A DNA stretch of 64,000 nt from Akkermansiaceae bacterium (GTDB lineage Bacteria > Verrucomicrobiota > Verrucomicrobiia > Verrucomicrobiales > Akkermansiaceae), in the NCBI GenBank assembly GCA_903906515.1, contig CAIVKO010000233.1:102-64101 (forward strand). Reading direction: 5' to 3'. The position numbers were made by a program, and so were the translations under genes. This document shows, one piece after another, positions 47,405 to 55,774 of the stretch (position 1 is the first letter of the stretch; each line of letters begins with the position of its first letter). The notes beneath the pieces are model-generated. The model saw nothing but the letters and a program-made list of their open reading frames with translations, did no database searches and was not told the DNA's origin.

Positions 47405-49597
47405 ATGAGAAAAACGATTTATCGGTTGGGAATATTGGTTGTGGCGGGCGTGCTGTGTTCCGCCAGAATGACGGAGGCGCTTGCCGCGGAAGTTACCTTG
47501 CGGGATTTAACCGGGAAGGATGCGCCAGCAGGAGCCGTTTGGCTGGATACCAAGGACTTGAGTTCAGTCAAAGTTGGATTCGGCACCGTTGGAGCCGGCA
47601 AAGCCTGTGACGGCAAAAACCCGATTTCTATCGGCAAACAGGTTTTTGCGCACGGGATGGGTGTTCATGCAGAAAGCGTGGCGGAGGTCAGTCTCAATAA
47701 GAAAGCGACTCGATTCGTAGCAGCAGTCGGCGTGGATGATCAGGTTAATACGGGTGGTACTGTTGTGTTTGAGGTCTGGGTCGATAAAGTGAAGAAGGCG
47801 GAATCCGGAGTTATGCGGTGCGGGGATGCTCCGAAGCTGATTTCCGTTGACCTGACCGGTGCCGCGAAGATGAAGTTGGTGGTGTCGGGGAATGGTGATG
47901 GCCTGGACAATGATCATGGGGACTGGGGCGGGGCCGCTGTGTTCGGTCCTGGAAATGCCGTGTCCGTAGGTCCCGACGTTCCGTACAAAGCGCTGACAAA
48001 ATCAGTCGAACGCTGGCAGGATTGGCATTTTGGAATGTTCATTCACTGGGGGCCTGTCAGCCTGACGGAACAGGAAATCAGTTGGTCGCGCTCGAACACC
48101 AATCCGAACTGCCCCAACAACGGTCCAACACAGGCAGCGGTCTATGACGAGCTTTACAAGAAGTTTGACCCAAGAAATTTCAACGCCACGCAATGGGTCG
48201 CCACTGCGAAAGCTGCCGGTATGAAATACATGGTGTTGACCGTAAAGCATTGCGACGGCTTTCTTCTCTGGGACTCCAAGGTCTCGGACTACAACATCAT
48301 GCATACGCCGTTCAAGCGCGACGTCTGTGCAGAATTGGCTGTGGCGGCCCGCAAAGCCGGAATGGGGCTCGGGTGGTATTTCTCTCCGCCGGACTGGAAA
48401 GATTCCGACTGCCGTTCGGCGAAGAACGTGGAGTTTGTCAAGCGCATGCAAGCTGAACTGACAGAGTTGCTCACCAAATACGGCACGATTGACATCCTGT
48501 GGTTCGACTGCGACGGTGCGTCAGTTCCGTGGGATCAGGATGAAACTTATGCCCTGGTTCGCCGGTTGCAGCCAGGCATCGTGATCAATAATCGCCTGGA
48601 TAGTCCCAGCGCTGCGTATTCAGCGAGCGAAATAGGCTCGTGGGCAGATTTCTACACCCCAGAGCTACACATTGGCGGCTTTGACAACATGCGGCCTTGG
48701 GAATCCTGCATGACAGTTTCCGCTCGTGGTCAGTGGGCCTGGGGTGGCCCGTCTGATGGTTCGAAGTCGGCAGCTGAGTGTTTGGGCATGTTAATCCGTT
48801 GCGCTGGAGCTGGTGGCAATGTGCTCATGAATGTTGGTCCGCGTCCGGATGGGGTTATAGATCCTATTCAGACCACTCCTCTTAAGGAGGTTGGTATGTG
48901 GCTGGAGAAGTATGGCGAGAGCATTTACGGTACGCGGGGTGGGCCGTTCAAGCCTGACGCCTTCGGCGTCTCCACGCACAAGTTGAACACAATTTACATT
49001 CACATTCTCAACTGGCCTGGAGATACACTGGAATTGCCGGATATCCCGGCGAAGATCGTCCGGAGCGTTGCCTTGACTGGTGGCGCTGTCGCTGTGACTC
49101 AGGGTGATGGCCGTATTTCCATTTCGCTGAAGACCTGCGAACGCCAGCCTGTGAACACCGTTGTCAAGCTGGAGTTGGATCGGAAGGCTGGCGAGATCGT
49201 GTCGCCCCGCGGGCTGGCGGCGGGCAAGCCGGTCAAGGCGTCGTCTAGCCTTACGAAGGGCGGCGCAACGGTTCCGGAGGCGATTGTGGATGGGCGCGCC
49301 GATACGCGCTGGTCGTCGGACCACTCCGACCTCCAGTGGGTTGCGGTTGATTTGGGCGGGAACCAGCGTGTGGCACGCGTGGAGTTGGACTGGGAAAGTG
49401 CCTATGCAAAAGAACTAGCCATCGAGGTTTCCCCCGATGGCGAGAACTGGAAGGAAGTTCAGCATGTGAACGACAGTGGCGGCGGGACGCAGGTGATCCG
49501 CTTCGATCCGGTCGAGACGCGCTGGGTGCGGATGCGTGGCATTAAGCGCGGGACGCAATGGGGGTATTCAATCTGGGAAATGCGAGTGTTCCCATGA
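47405..49597 (+). CDS. NPCBM + GH29 alpha-L-fucosidase + CBM32
   Basis: WQDWHFGMFIHWG, KHCDGF, ILWFDCDG, PWESCMTV and LMNVGPRPDG. ATG 47405 gives a signal peptide. Confidence 0.92.
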   Translation: MRKTIYRLGILVVAGVLCSARMTEALAAEVTLRDLTGKDAPAGAVWLDTKDLSSVKVGFGTVGAGKACDGKNPISIGKQVFAHGMGVHAESVAEVSLNKKATRFVAAVGVDDQVNTGGTVVFEVWVDKVKKAESGVMRCGDAPKLISVDLTGAAKMKLVVSGNGDGLDNDHGDWGGAAVFGPGNAVSVGPDVPYKALTKSVERWQDWHFGMFIHWGPVSLTEQEISWSRSNTNPNCPNNGPTQAAVYDELYKKFDPRNFNATQWVATAKAAGMKYMVLTVKHCDGFLLWDSKVSDYNIMHTPFKRDVCAELAVAARKAGMGLGWYFSPPDWKDSDCRSAKNVEFVKRMQAELTELLTKYGTIDILWFDCDGASVPWDQDETYALVRRLQPGIVINNRLDSPSAAYSASEIGSWADFYTPELHIGGFDNMRPWESCMTVSARGQWAWGGPSDGSKSAAECLGMLIRCAGAGGNVLMNVGPRPDGVIDPIQTTPLKEVGMWLEKYGESIYGTRGGPFKPDAFGVSTHKLNTIYIHILNWPGDTLELPDIPAKIVRSVALTGGAVAVTQGDGRISISLKTCERQPVNTVVKLELDRKAGEIVSPRGLAAGKPVKASSSLTKGGATVPEAIVDGRADTRWSSDHSDLQWVAVDLGGNQRVARVELDWESAYAKELAIEVSPDGENWKEVQHVNDSGGGTQVIRFDPVETRWVRMRGIKRGTQWGYSIWEMRVFP

Positions 49598-49617
49598 ATT
49601 TAACAAAGTGAAAAACC

Positions 49618-50997
49618 ATGAATAAAGCATATCTATCAATTTTTTTGTATCTGGTTACGCCCGCGCTGTTGCGGGCGGAAGTGAAGCCGCATGCGCTGTT
49701 TTCCAACGGCGCGGTTTTGCAGCGCGGCTGCGTCGTGCCGGTCTGGGGCAGTGCCGCCGATGGCGAGAAGGTGACGGTCAAGTTTGCCGAGCAGGAAGTC
49801 AGCGCGGTGGCCAGCAATGGACAGTGGATGGTGCGGTTGCGACCGATGCGCGCCAACGCAGTGCCGCAGGTGATGACCATTGCCGGCGCGAATACCGTGG
49901 AGATCAAGAACGTGCTGGTCGGTGATGTCTGGGTTTGCAGCGGTCAGTCCAACATGCAATTTGAGATGCACTGGCTGACGGACTCGGCCAAGCAGATCGC
50001 TCTCGCCAATGATCCGCTACTCCGGTTGCTGGGAGTGCCACAAGGCGGTGCGACCCAGCCGAAACGCGACATTACGGCAAGTTGGAGTGAGTGTACGAGT
50101 CAATCCGTGGAGTGGTTTTCGGCGGTGGCCTATTTCTTCGGGCGCGATGTGCGGCTGTCGCAGAAAGTGCCGGTCGGGTTGATCAACTCCCGGGTCGGCG
50201 GCACGGCGGCCGAGAGCTGGCTGAGCTGGCGGGCCTTGGCGGCGAACCCGAAGCTGCAACAAATTGCGGGGAAAGAACCGGTGGAGGGGGGGGCGTCGTT
50301 TCTTTACAATGCGATGATTGCGCCGCTGCAGCCGTTCGCCATTTCCGGCGTGATTTGGTACCAGGGCGAAAGCAATGCGTATGATGCCTCACGGGCCACG
50401 GTCTACCGGGAATTGTTCCCGACGCTGATCAAGTGCTGGCGCGACGATTGGGGGCTTCCGGAGCTGCCGTTCCTGTTTGTGCAGATCGCGCCCCACAACG
50501 ACATGGTTCCAGAGATCCGCGAGTCGCAGTTGCTGACGTGGCAGCAGACAGCGAAGACGGCGATGGCCGTTATCACCGACTGCGGCCACGCCACTGATAT
50601 TCATCCGAAGCCGAAAGAGCCAGTCGGCGCGCGTCTGGCCTTGGCGGCGCGTGCGGTGGCGTATGGGGAGCGTGTTGAATACTCCGGCCCGGTCTTTGCC
50701 GGGATGAAGGTGCGTGGCGGCAAGGCAACCCTTTCGTTTACTCATGTCGGCGGTGGCTTGGTGGCGAAGGACGGCGCGCTCAAAGGATTTACCATCGCTG
50801 GCAGTGATAACAAATTTATTCCGGCGGAAGCTGTTATTTCCGGCTCAACCGTGATCGTTTCGAGTAAAGAAGTCACGCAGCCGGTCGCCGTCCGGTATGG
50901 CTGGGCGAACGTGCCCGATGTGAATTTATTTAATAAAGATGGTCTGCCAGCTACGCCGTTCCGTACGGATTGTGTGAAAGGCGTGACTGAGAAATAG
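49618..50997 (+). CDS. SASA/DUF303 acetylesterase 3
   Basis: GDVWVCSGQSNMQ, WYQGESN, DIHPKPK, VAVRYGW and PFRTD. Confidence 0.9.
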   Translation: MNKAYLSIFLYLVTPALLRAEVKPHALFSNGAVLQRGCVVPVWGSAADGEKVTVKFAEQEVSAVASNGQWMVRLRPMRANAVPQVMTIAGANTVEIKNVLVGDVWVCSGQSNMQFEMHWLTDSAKQIALANDPLLRLLGVPQGGATQPKRDITASWSECTSQSVEWFSAVAYFFGRDVRLSQKVPVGLINSRVGGTAAESWLSWRALAANPKLQQIAGKEPVEGGASFLYNAMIAPLQPFAISGVIWYQGESNAYDASRATVYRELFPTLIKCWRDDWGLPELPFLFVQIAPHNDMVPEIRESQLLTWQQTAKTAMAVITDCGHATDIHPKPKEPVGARLALAARAVAYGERVEYSGPVFAGMKVRGGKATLSFTHVGGGLVAKDGALKGFTIAGSDNKFIPAEAVISGSTVIVSSKEVTQPVAVRYGWANVPDVNLFNKDGLPATPFRTDCVKGVTEK

Positions 50998-51011
50998 TTA
51001 CAGGAAGAGTT

Positions 51012-53216
51012 ATGAAAAGAAAAGAAAAACAGAATCGTATGAGAAACAAGTTTCTGGTCATCATAGCCGTTGGAGTTATGGGATGCGGGCTTGCCTCTGC
51101 CGCGCCGGCAACAACCGCGCAAGCGGATGCCACCGCGCCCGCCATGAAATACAGCGCCGTTTTTACCGAGCCACCGAAGAATGTCCCCACTTACTACATG
51201 CCTGATGGGCCTCTGCTGGGTAACGGCGATCTCGGCATCGCGCTGGCGGGGCCGCCGGAAGAACAGCGCTTCTACATCGGCAAAAACGACTGGTGGGGGT
51301 ATGGTGATGGTTCGCGTGCGATGCCGGTCGGAGGACTGACTCTTGCAATTACCGAATTGAAGGGGGCAAGCTACCGGCAGGAGCAGGATCTTGCATTGGC
51401 GGAGGTGCGAGGAACTTTCACCAACGGTGAGGTTACAGTGCAGACGCGCTCATTCGTTGATACCTATTCCAATCTATTGGTGACGGAATTGAAGTGTGCA
51501 GGCAGCAAACCGGTAACTGCCGTATTATCCCAGAAAAACGGCTTGGACGAGCCATGGGGAACCAGCCATACGAGCCTTCCCTCCAGCGTCTTGTGTTACA
51601 CGCGGAAGAGCCAGGACGCGTCTCTCGACCAACGTATGGATATCGCGGTGGCGAGCCGTATCATTGGCGGCAAGCCCGTTGTTGATGCCGGCGCGGGCAC
51701 GCTGAAACTGACACTCAATGCGGGCGAGGTGGTGACGATCGTGACGTGTGTGCTCTCCAAGCTGGATGCACCTGATTGTCTGGAGACAGCGAAAACGAAG
51801 GTGTTGGCGTTGCAGGCAAAGGATATTCCGGCGATGGCGGTTAAGCACAGAGAGTGGTGGAAGGGCTTCTGGGCACGCTCATTCATCGAGATTCCTGACA
51901 AGGAGATTGAGAAGCGTTGGTATGCGGCCTTGTATGTGTTGGGCTCGTGCAGCAAGGAGGGAAAGGTGGCACCTGGGCTGTGGGGATGCTGGGTTACCCT
52001 TTTCGCCCAATGGCAGGGCGATTATCATTTAAATTATAATTTCCAGGCACCGTATTACATAACCTATTCCAGTAACCACGCAAATTTGTCGGTGCCTTTT
52101 TACCAGGCGATTCTTGAATCGGTGCCCCGAGCCAAAGAGGTAGCAAAGAAGCACGGTTGGATGGGTGTTCATTTTCCTGTATGTATCGGGCCAAGGGGGA
52201 TTTTTCCGGAGGGCGAAAAGGATCATGGACAGCGTTCGAATGCTGCGTATGTCGCATTGAATTTCATTTGGCAATACCAGTATACACAGGACAAGGAGTT
52301 CCTTAAAATGACGGCGTATCCTTATTTATTGGAAGTGGCAGATTTCTGGGAAAACTATCTCAAGCTGGAAAATGGCCGGTATGTGATACATGGCGATTCT
52401 ATCCATGAAGGTTCAGGCGAGGATGTGAATCCCATTCTCTCGTTGGGTCTTGTTAGAAATCTATTCAAGAATTTGATCCTCATGAGCAAGGACCTGAGCG
52501 TGGATGAGTCCCGGCGGGCGAAGTGGCAGGACATTCTGGACAAGCTCAGTGCGTATCCCTTGCAGGAACGCAACGGCAAGACCGTGTTCCGCTACACGGA
52601 AAAGGGCTTGGATTGGTGGAACGACAATACATTGGGAATCCAGCATATCTTTCCGTGTGATACCATCGGACTTGATAGTGATCCGAAATTGCTGGCTATC
52701 TGCCATAATACCATCAATGAGATGGCCCGTTGGGCGGATTATAACGGCTTCTCGTCGTGGTACACTACCTGTGCTCGTATTGGGTATGATCCGAAAATTA
52801 TCCTGACTAAACTGCGCGAGGAGTGCGACAAGCACTCCTTTCCGAACCTCCTACTGTTTTACGGTGGTGGCGGCGTCGAGAGTTGCGGTGGCTTTCTGGC
52901 GATCAACGAGATGCTGCTGCAAAGCCACGAGGGCGTGATACGGTTCTTTCCCTGCTGGCCGAAGGATCAGGACGCCCGCTTCGGGACATTGCGCACTGTG
53001 GGCGCTTTTCTCGTGTCAGCTGAATTGAAAATCGGCGTGGTATCCGGCGTGAAGATTGTCAGCGAGAAGGGCAAACCCTGCACGGTACAGAATCCCTGGC
53101 CGGGCAAGAAAGTCCGAGTTGCGCGCAACGGCAAGACGAATGAAATACTAACTGGAGAACGCCTGTCTCTGAAGACCTCTGCAGGCGAAACTATTGTCCT
53201 CGCGCCAGGGGATTGA
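51012..53216 (+). CDS. GH95-like glycoside hydrolase, paralog 2
   Basis: PDGPLLGNGDLG and WQGDYHLNYNFQAPY. The C-terminal third is nearly identical to the 39206 gene. Confidence 0.75.
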   Translation: MKRKEKQNRMRNKFLVIIAVGVMGCGLASAAPATTAQADATAPAMKYSAVFTEPPKNVPTYYMPDGPLLGNGDLGIALAGPPEEQRFYIGKNDWWGYGDGSRAMPVGGLTLAITELKGASYRQEQDLALAEVRGTFTNGEVTVQTRSFVDTYSNLLVTELKCAGSKPVTAVLSQKNGLDEPWGTSHTSLPSSVLCYTRKSQDASLDQRMDIAVASRIIGGKPVVDAGAGTLKLTLNAGEVVTIVTCVLSKLDAPDCLETAKTKVLALQAKDIPAMAVKHREWWKGFWARSFIEIPDKEIEKRWYAALYVLGSCSKEGKVAPGLWGCWVTLFAQWQGDYHLNYNFQAPYYITYSSNHANLSVPFYQAILESVPRAKEVAKKHGWMGVHFPVCIGPRGIFPEGEKDHGQRSNAAYVALNFIWQYQYTQDKEFLKMTAYPYLLEVADFWENYLKLENGRYVIHGDSIHEGSGEDVNPILSLGLVRNLFKNLILMSKDLSVDESRRAKWQDILDKLSAYPLQERNGKTVFRYTEKGLDWWNDNTLGIQHIFPCDTIGLDSDPKLLAICHNTINEMARWADYNGFSSWYTTCARIGYDPKIILTKLREECDKHSFPNLLLFYGGGGVESCGGFLAINEMLLQSHEGVIRFFPCWPKDQDARFGTLRTVGAFLVSAELKIGVVSGVKIVSEKGKPCTVQNPWPGKKVRVARNGKTNEILTGERLSLKTSAGETIVLAPGD

Positions 53217-53279
53217 GAGGAATGAAGGCACGGATACTTGTGTGGTGAGAGATATAAATAAGCGTTGAAAGAGAAAAAA

Positions 53280-55751
53280 ATGACAAGGAAAATACAGAAC
53301 CAACGATCCATTGACACCGGCATGACCTTCTCGTGGGGGATGTCCGCGCATGGACTTCCCGCATTACTGGCCATTGCCGTCTGTGTGGCCAGCGTTGGCC
53401 ATGTGCTAGGGGCCGATGTATCTGCCACCTTTAGTAAGCCGGACATCGTTTATGCCAAGACCATGCCGGGTGCGGCCGCGGCGAAGCAGAAAGACAAGCT
53501 GTTTACTCTGACTAACAACGTGGTGGGGATGGACTGGTCTCTGGACGGCGGGCAACTGCTATTGACCCGGGTCGTAGACCATGTGAACGGCCGTTCCTAT
53601 GCCCAACGTAGCGAGGTTTTCGCGGTCCAGGTGGATAAAGGAACCAGGATTTCCGCGTCAGACTGCCAGCTTGTGGATCAGCCGACACTTGAAGTCATCA
53701 AGCCGCTTCCCGCTTCGGCCTGTGCGGCACAGCATCTGAAAGGCTGGCAGCTTTCGGCCCGGTTCCAGCATCGTTCCACGGGTCTTACCCTTCAGTGGCG
53801 CGCCGAACTGCGGGACGGCTCACACTATGTGCGCCAGTTGCTGCGCGTGGAGGGGGACAAAGGTAAGCTGACTGAGGTGTGTTGTCTTGAAGCTAGTGTG
53901 GGCAGGGCTTGGAACGAAGGCACAGCGATGGCTGGTAACCCTGTTGTTTCCGACCATCTGTTCATGGGGCAAGAACTGCCGATGTCGAAGAATATGGCAC
54001 CGAGCGGGGGAGTCCCAGACAAGTGGACACCGGTGGACATGCTGGCGAAAACGGTTAACCGCAAGATCACTGAATTGAAGCCCGGCCCCATGACGGTTCA
54101 GTTTGCTTATGAGCGCGGCGTCTTCCGTATAGATGTTGCGGAGGTCCAACTGGTGGCTGACGGCAAAGTCGTCTCCAAGGATGAGCATGTCGGCTGGAGT
54201 GGGCTCTCGCAACAGGCCAATACCTATACACTGACGGTGCCTGAAGGTCTGAAGAAAGCGGAGCTACGCGTGCGTCTGGGCGGATCCCCGAACGATACGG
54301 ATTCTTTCGGGAAAATAGCGGTTAGTAACGGCGTCCTGTTACCTGGTGAACCAGGTCCTGTGTTGTGTGGATTAGACTGTAATCTGCCGCTCCAGGACGG
54401 CAAGGTGTATGAGTTCTCCTCCGTGCTTGGCACTTACCCTGAGGGGCAGTTGCGTCGCGCCTTCTTGCGCTATGGGGAGCGCGAGCGCGCCCGGCCTTAT
54501 AGCCAGTTTCTGCACTACAACTGCTGGTTCGACCTTCATATTAATCTCGATGAAGAGAAGATCCTGAAGAATGTCAAGGCGTTCACTGAGGAAATGACGG
54601 TCAAGCGGGGCGTCGCGATGGAGTCCTATGTTCTGGATGACGGCTGGGATGCTCCACGTGAAGGGTTCTGGACGGTTGATAAGAAGAAATTCCCCTCAGG
54701 ATTCGATTCAATCACCGCGGAGTTGGATCGTGTGCATTCACACATGGGAATCTGGATTTCTCCGCTTGCCGGGTATGCCTTCATCGCGGAACGGGTGGGG
54801 CATGCTAGCAAGCTTGGCCTGGTGCGTGAAGGATCGTTTCTTGATCTGTCATACGCTCCATATTATGAGTGGTTCCGTGATTTCTGCGCAAATCTGGTCA
54901 AGAAAAACAAGGTCAATTATTTCAAGTGGGACAAGGCGGGGGAGGGGGCATCGCCACATTTTATGGCGTTGCTGTCATGCGCCAGGGAATTGCGGCAGGT
55001 TGACCCTAACCTCTTTTTTAATGTCACTGTGGGGACGTGGCCGTCGCCGTTCTGGCTGAACGTGATTGACAGCACCTGGCGGGGTGGGGAGGATGTCAAT
55101 TGGGATTGGTCATGCAAAGGTAGCGACCGTGAGAAATGGATGAATTACCGGGATGGCGTAACATATCAGGGTGTGGTCAAAGTTGGCCCCCTCTATCCGT
55201 TGAATTCTATCATGAATCACGGGATAGTGCATGCAGCGCTTGGTGCGGCTGGCCGTGCTGCCGGATCTGGAACTGATTTGCGCAACGAGGCACGTTCCTA
55301 TTTCGGTTGCGGTACCGCGCTCCAAGAACTCTACATCCAGCCGACTATTATGGACACACAGTCGTGGGATGCGGTGGCCTCGGCGGCGAAATGGGCTAGA
55401 TTGAACGCCGATGTGCTGGTTGATACACACTGGGTGGGCGGCGACCCGTTAAAGCATGAAATTTACGGCTGGGCCTCCTGGACGCCGAAAAAGGCGATTC
55501 TAACGCTGCGAAATCCGAATGATCAGGCCCAGGATGTTTCTCTGGATGCCGGTGCTGTGTTCGAACTTCCGGCTTTCGCGGCGAAGGATTTCACGATGAC
55601 TAGCCCGTTTGCGGATCAGAGAGTGCAAAAGCTGGAGATGACGGCCGGTAAGCCGACCGTCATTGCATTGCAGCCGTTCGAGGTGCTGGTGCTGGAGTCG
55701 AAGCCCACTAGCACGGATCGTGGCAATTCGACAAATGTTAAAGAGAAATAA
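53280..55751 (+). CDS. Clan GH-D (GH36/GH27-like) putative alpha-galactosidase with an inserted accessory domain
   Basis: FLHYNCWFD, YVLDDGWD, GIWISPLAGY, YFKWDKAG, WPSPFWL, DSTWRGG and LYPLNSIMNHG. Confidence 0.65.
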   Translation: MTRKIQNQRSIDTGMTFSWGMSAHGLPALLAIAVCVASVGHVLGADVSATFSKPDIVYAKTMPGAAAAKQKDKLFTLTNNVVGMDWSLDGGQLLLTRVVDHVNGRSYAQRSEVFAVQVDKGTRISASDCQLVDQPTLEVIKPLPASACAAQHLKGWQLSARFQHRSTGLTLQWRAELRDGSHYVRQLLRVEGDKGKLTEVCCLEASVGRAWNEGTAMAGNPVVSDHLFMGQELPMSKNMAPSGGVPDKWTPVDMLAKTVNRKITELKPGPMTVQFAYERGVFRIDVAEVQLVADGKVVSKDEHVGWSGLSQQANTYTLTVPEGLKKAELRVRLGGSPNDTDSFGKIAVSNGVLLPGEPGPVLCGLDCNLPLQDGKVYEFSSVLGTYPEGQLRRAFLRYGERERARPYSQFLHYNCWFDLHINLDEEKILKNVKAFTEEMTVKRGVAMESYVLDDGWDAPREGFWTVDKKKFPSGFDSITAELDRVHSHMGIWISPLAGYAFIAERVGHASKLGLVREGSFLDLSYAPYYEWFRDFCANLVKKNKVNYFKWDKAGEGASPHFMALLSCARELRQVDPNLFFNVTVGTWPSPFWLNVIDSTWRGGEDVNWDWSCKGSDREKWMNYRDGVTYQGVVKVGPLYPLNSIMNHGIVHAALGAAGRAAGSGTDLRNEARSYFGCGTALQELYIQPTIMDTQSWDAVASAAKWARLNADVLVDTHWVGGDPLKHEIYGWASWTPKKAILTLRNPNDQAQDVSLDAGAVFELPAFAAKDFTMTSPFADQRVQKLEMTAGKPTVIALQPFEVLVLESKPTSTDRGNSTNVKEK

Positions 55752-55774
55752 ATAAACTCAAAAGAGAAGAAGTT

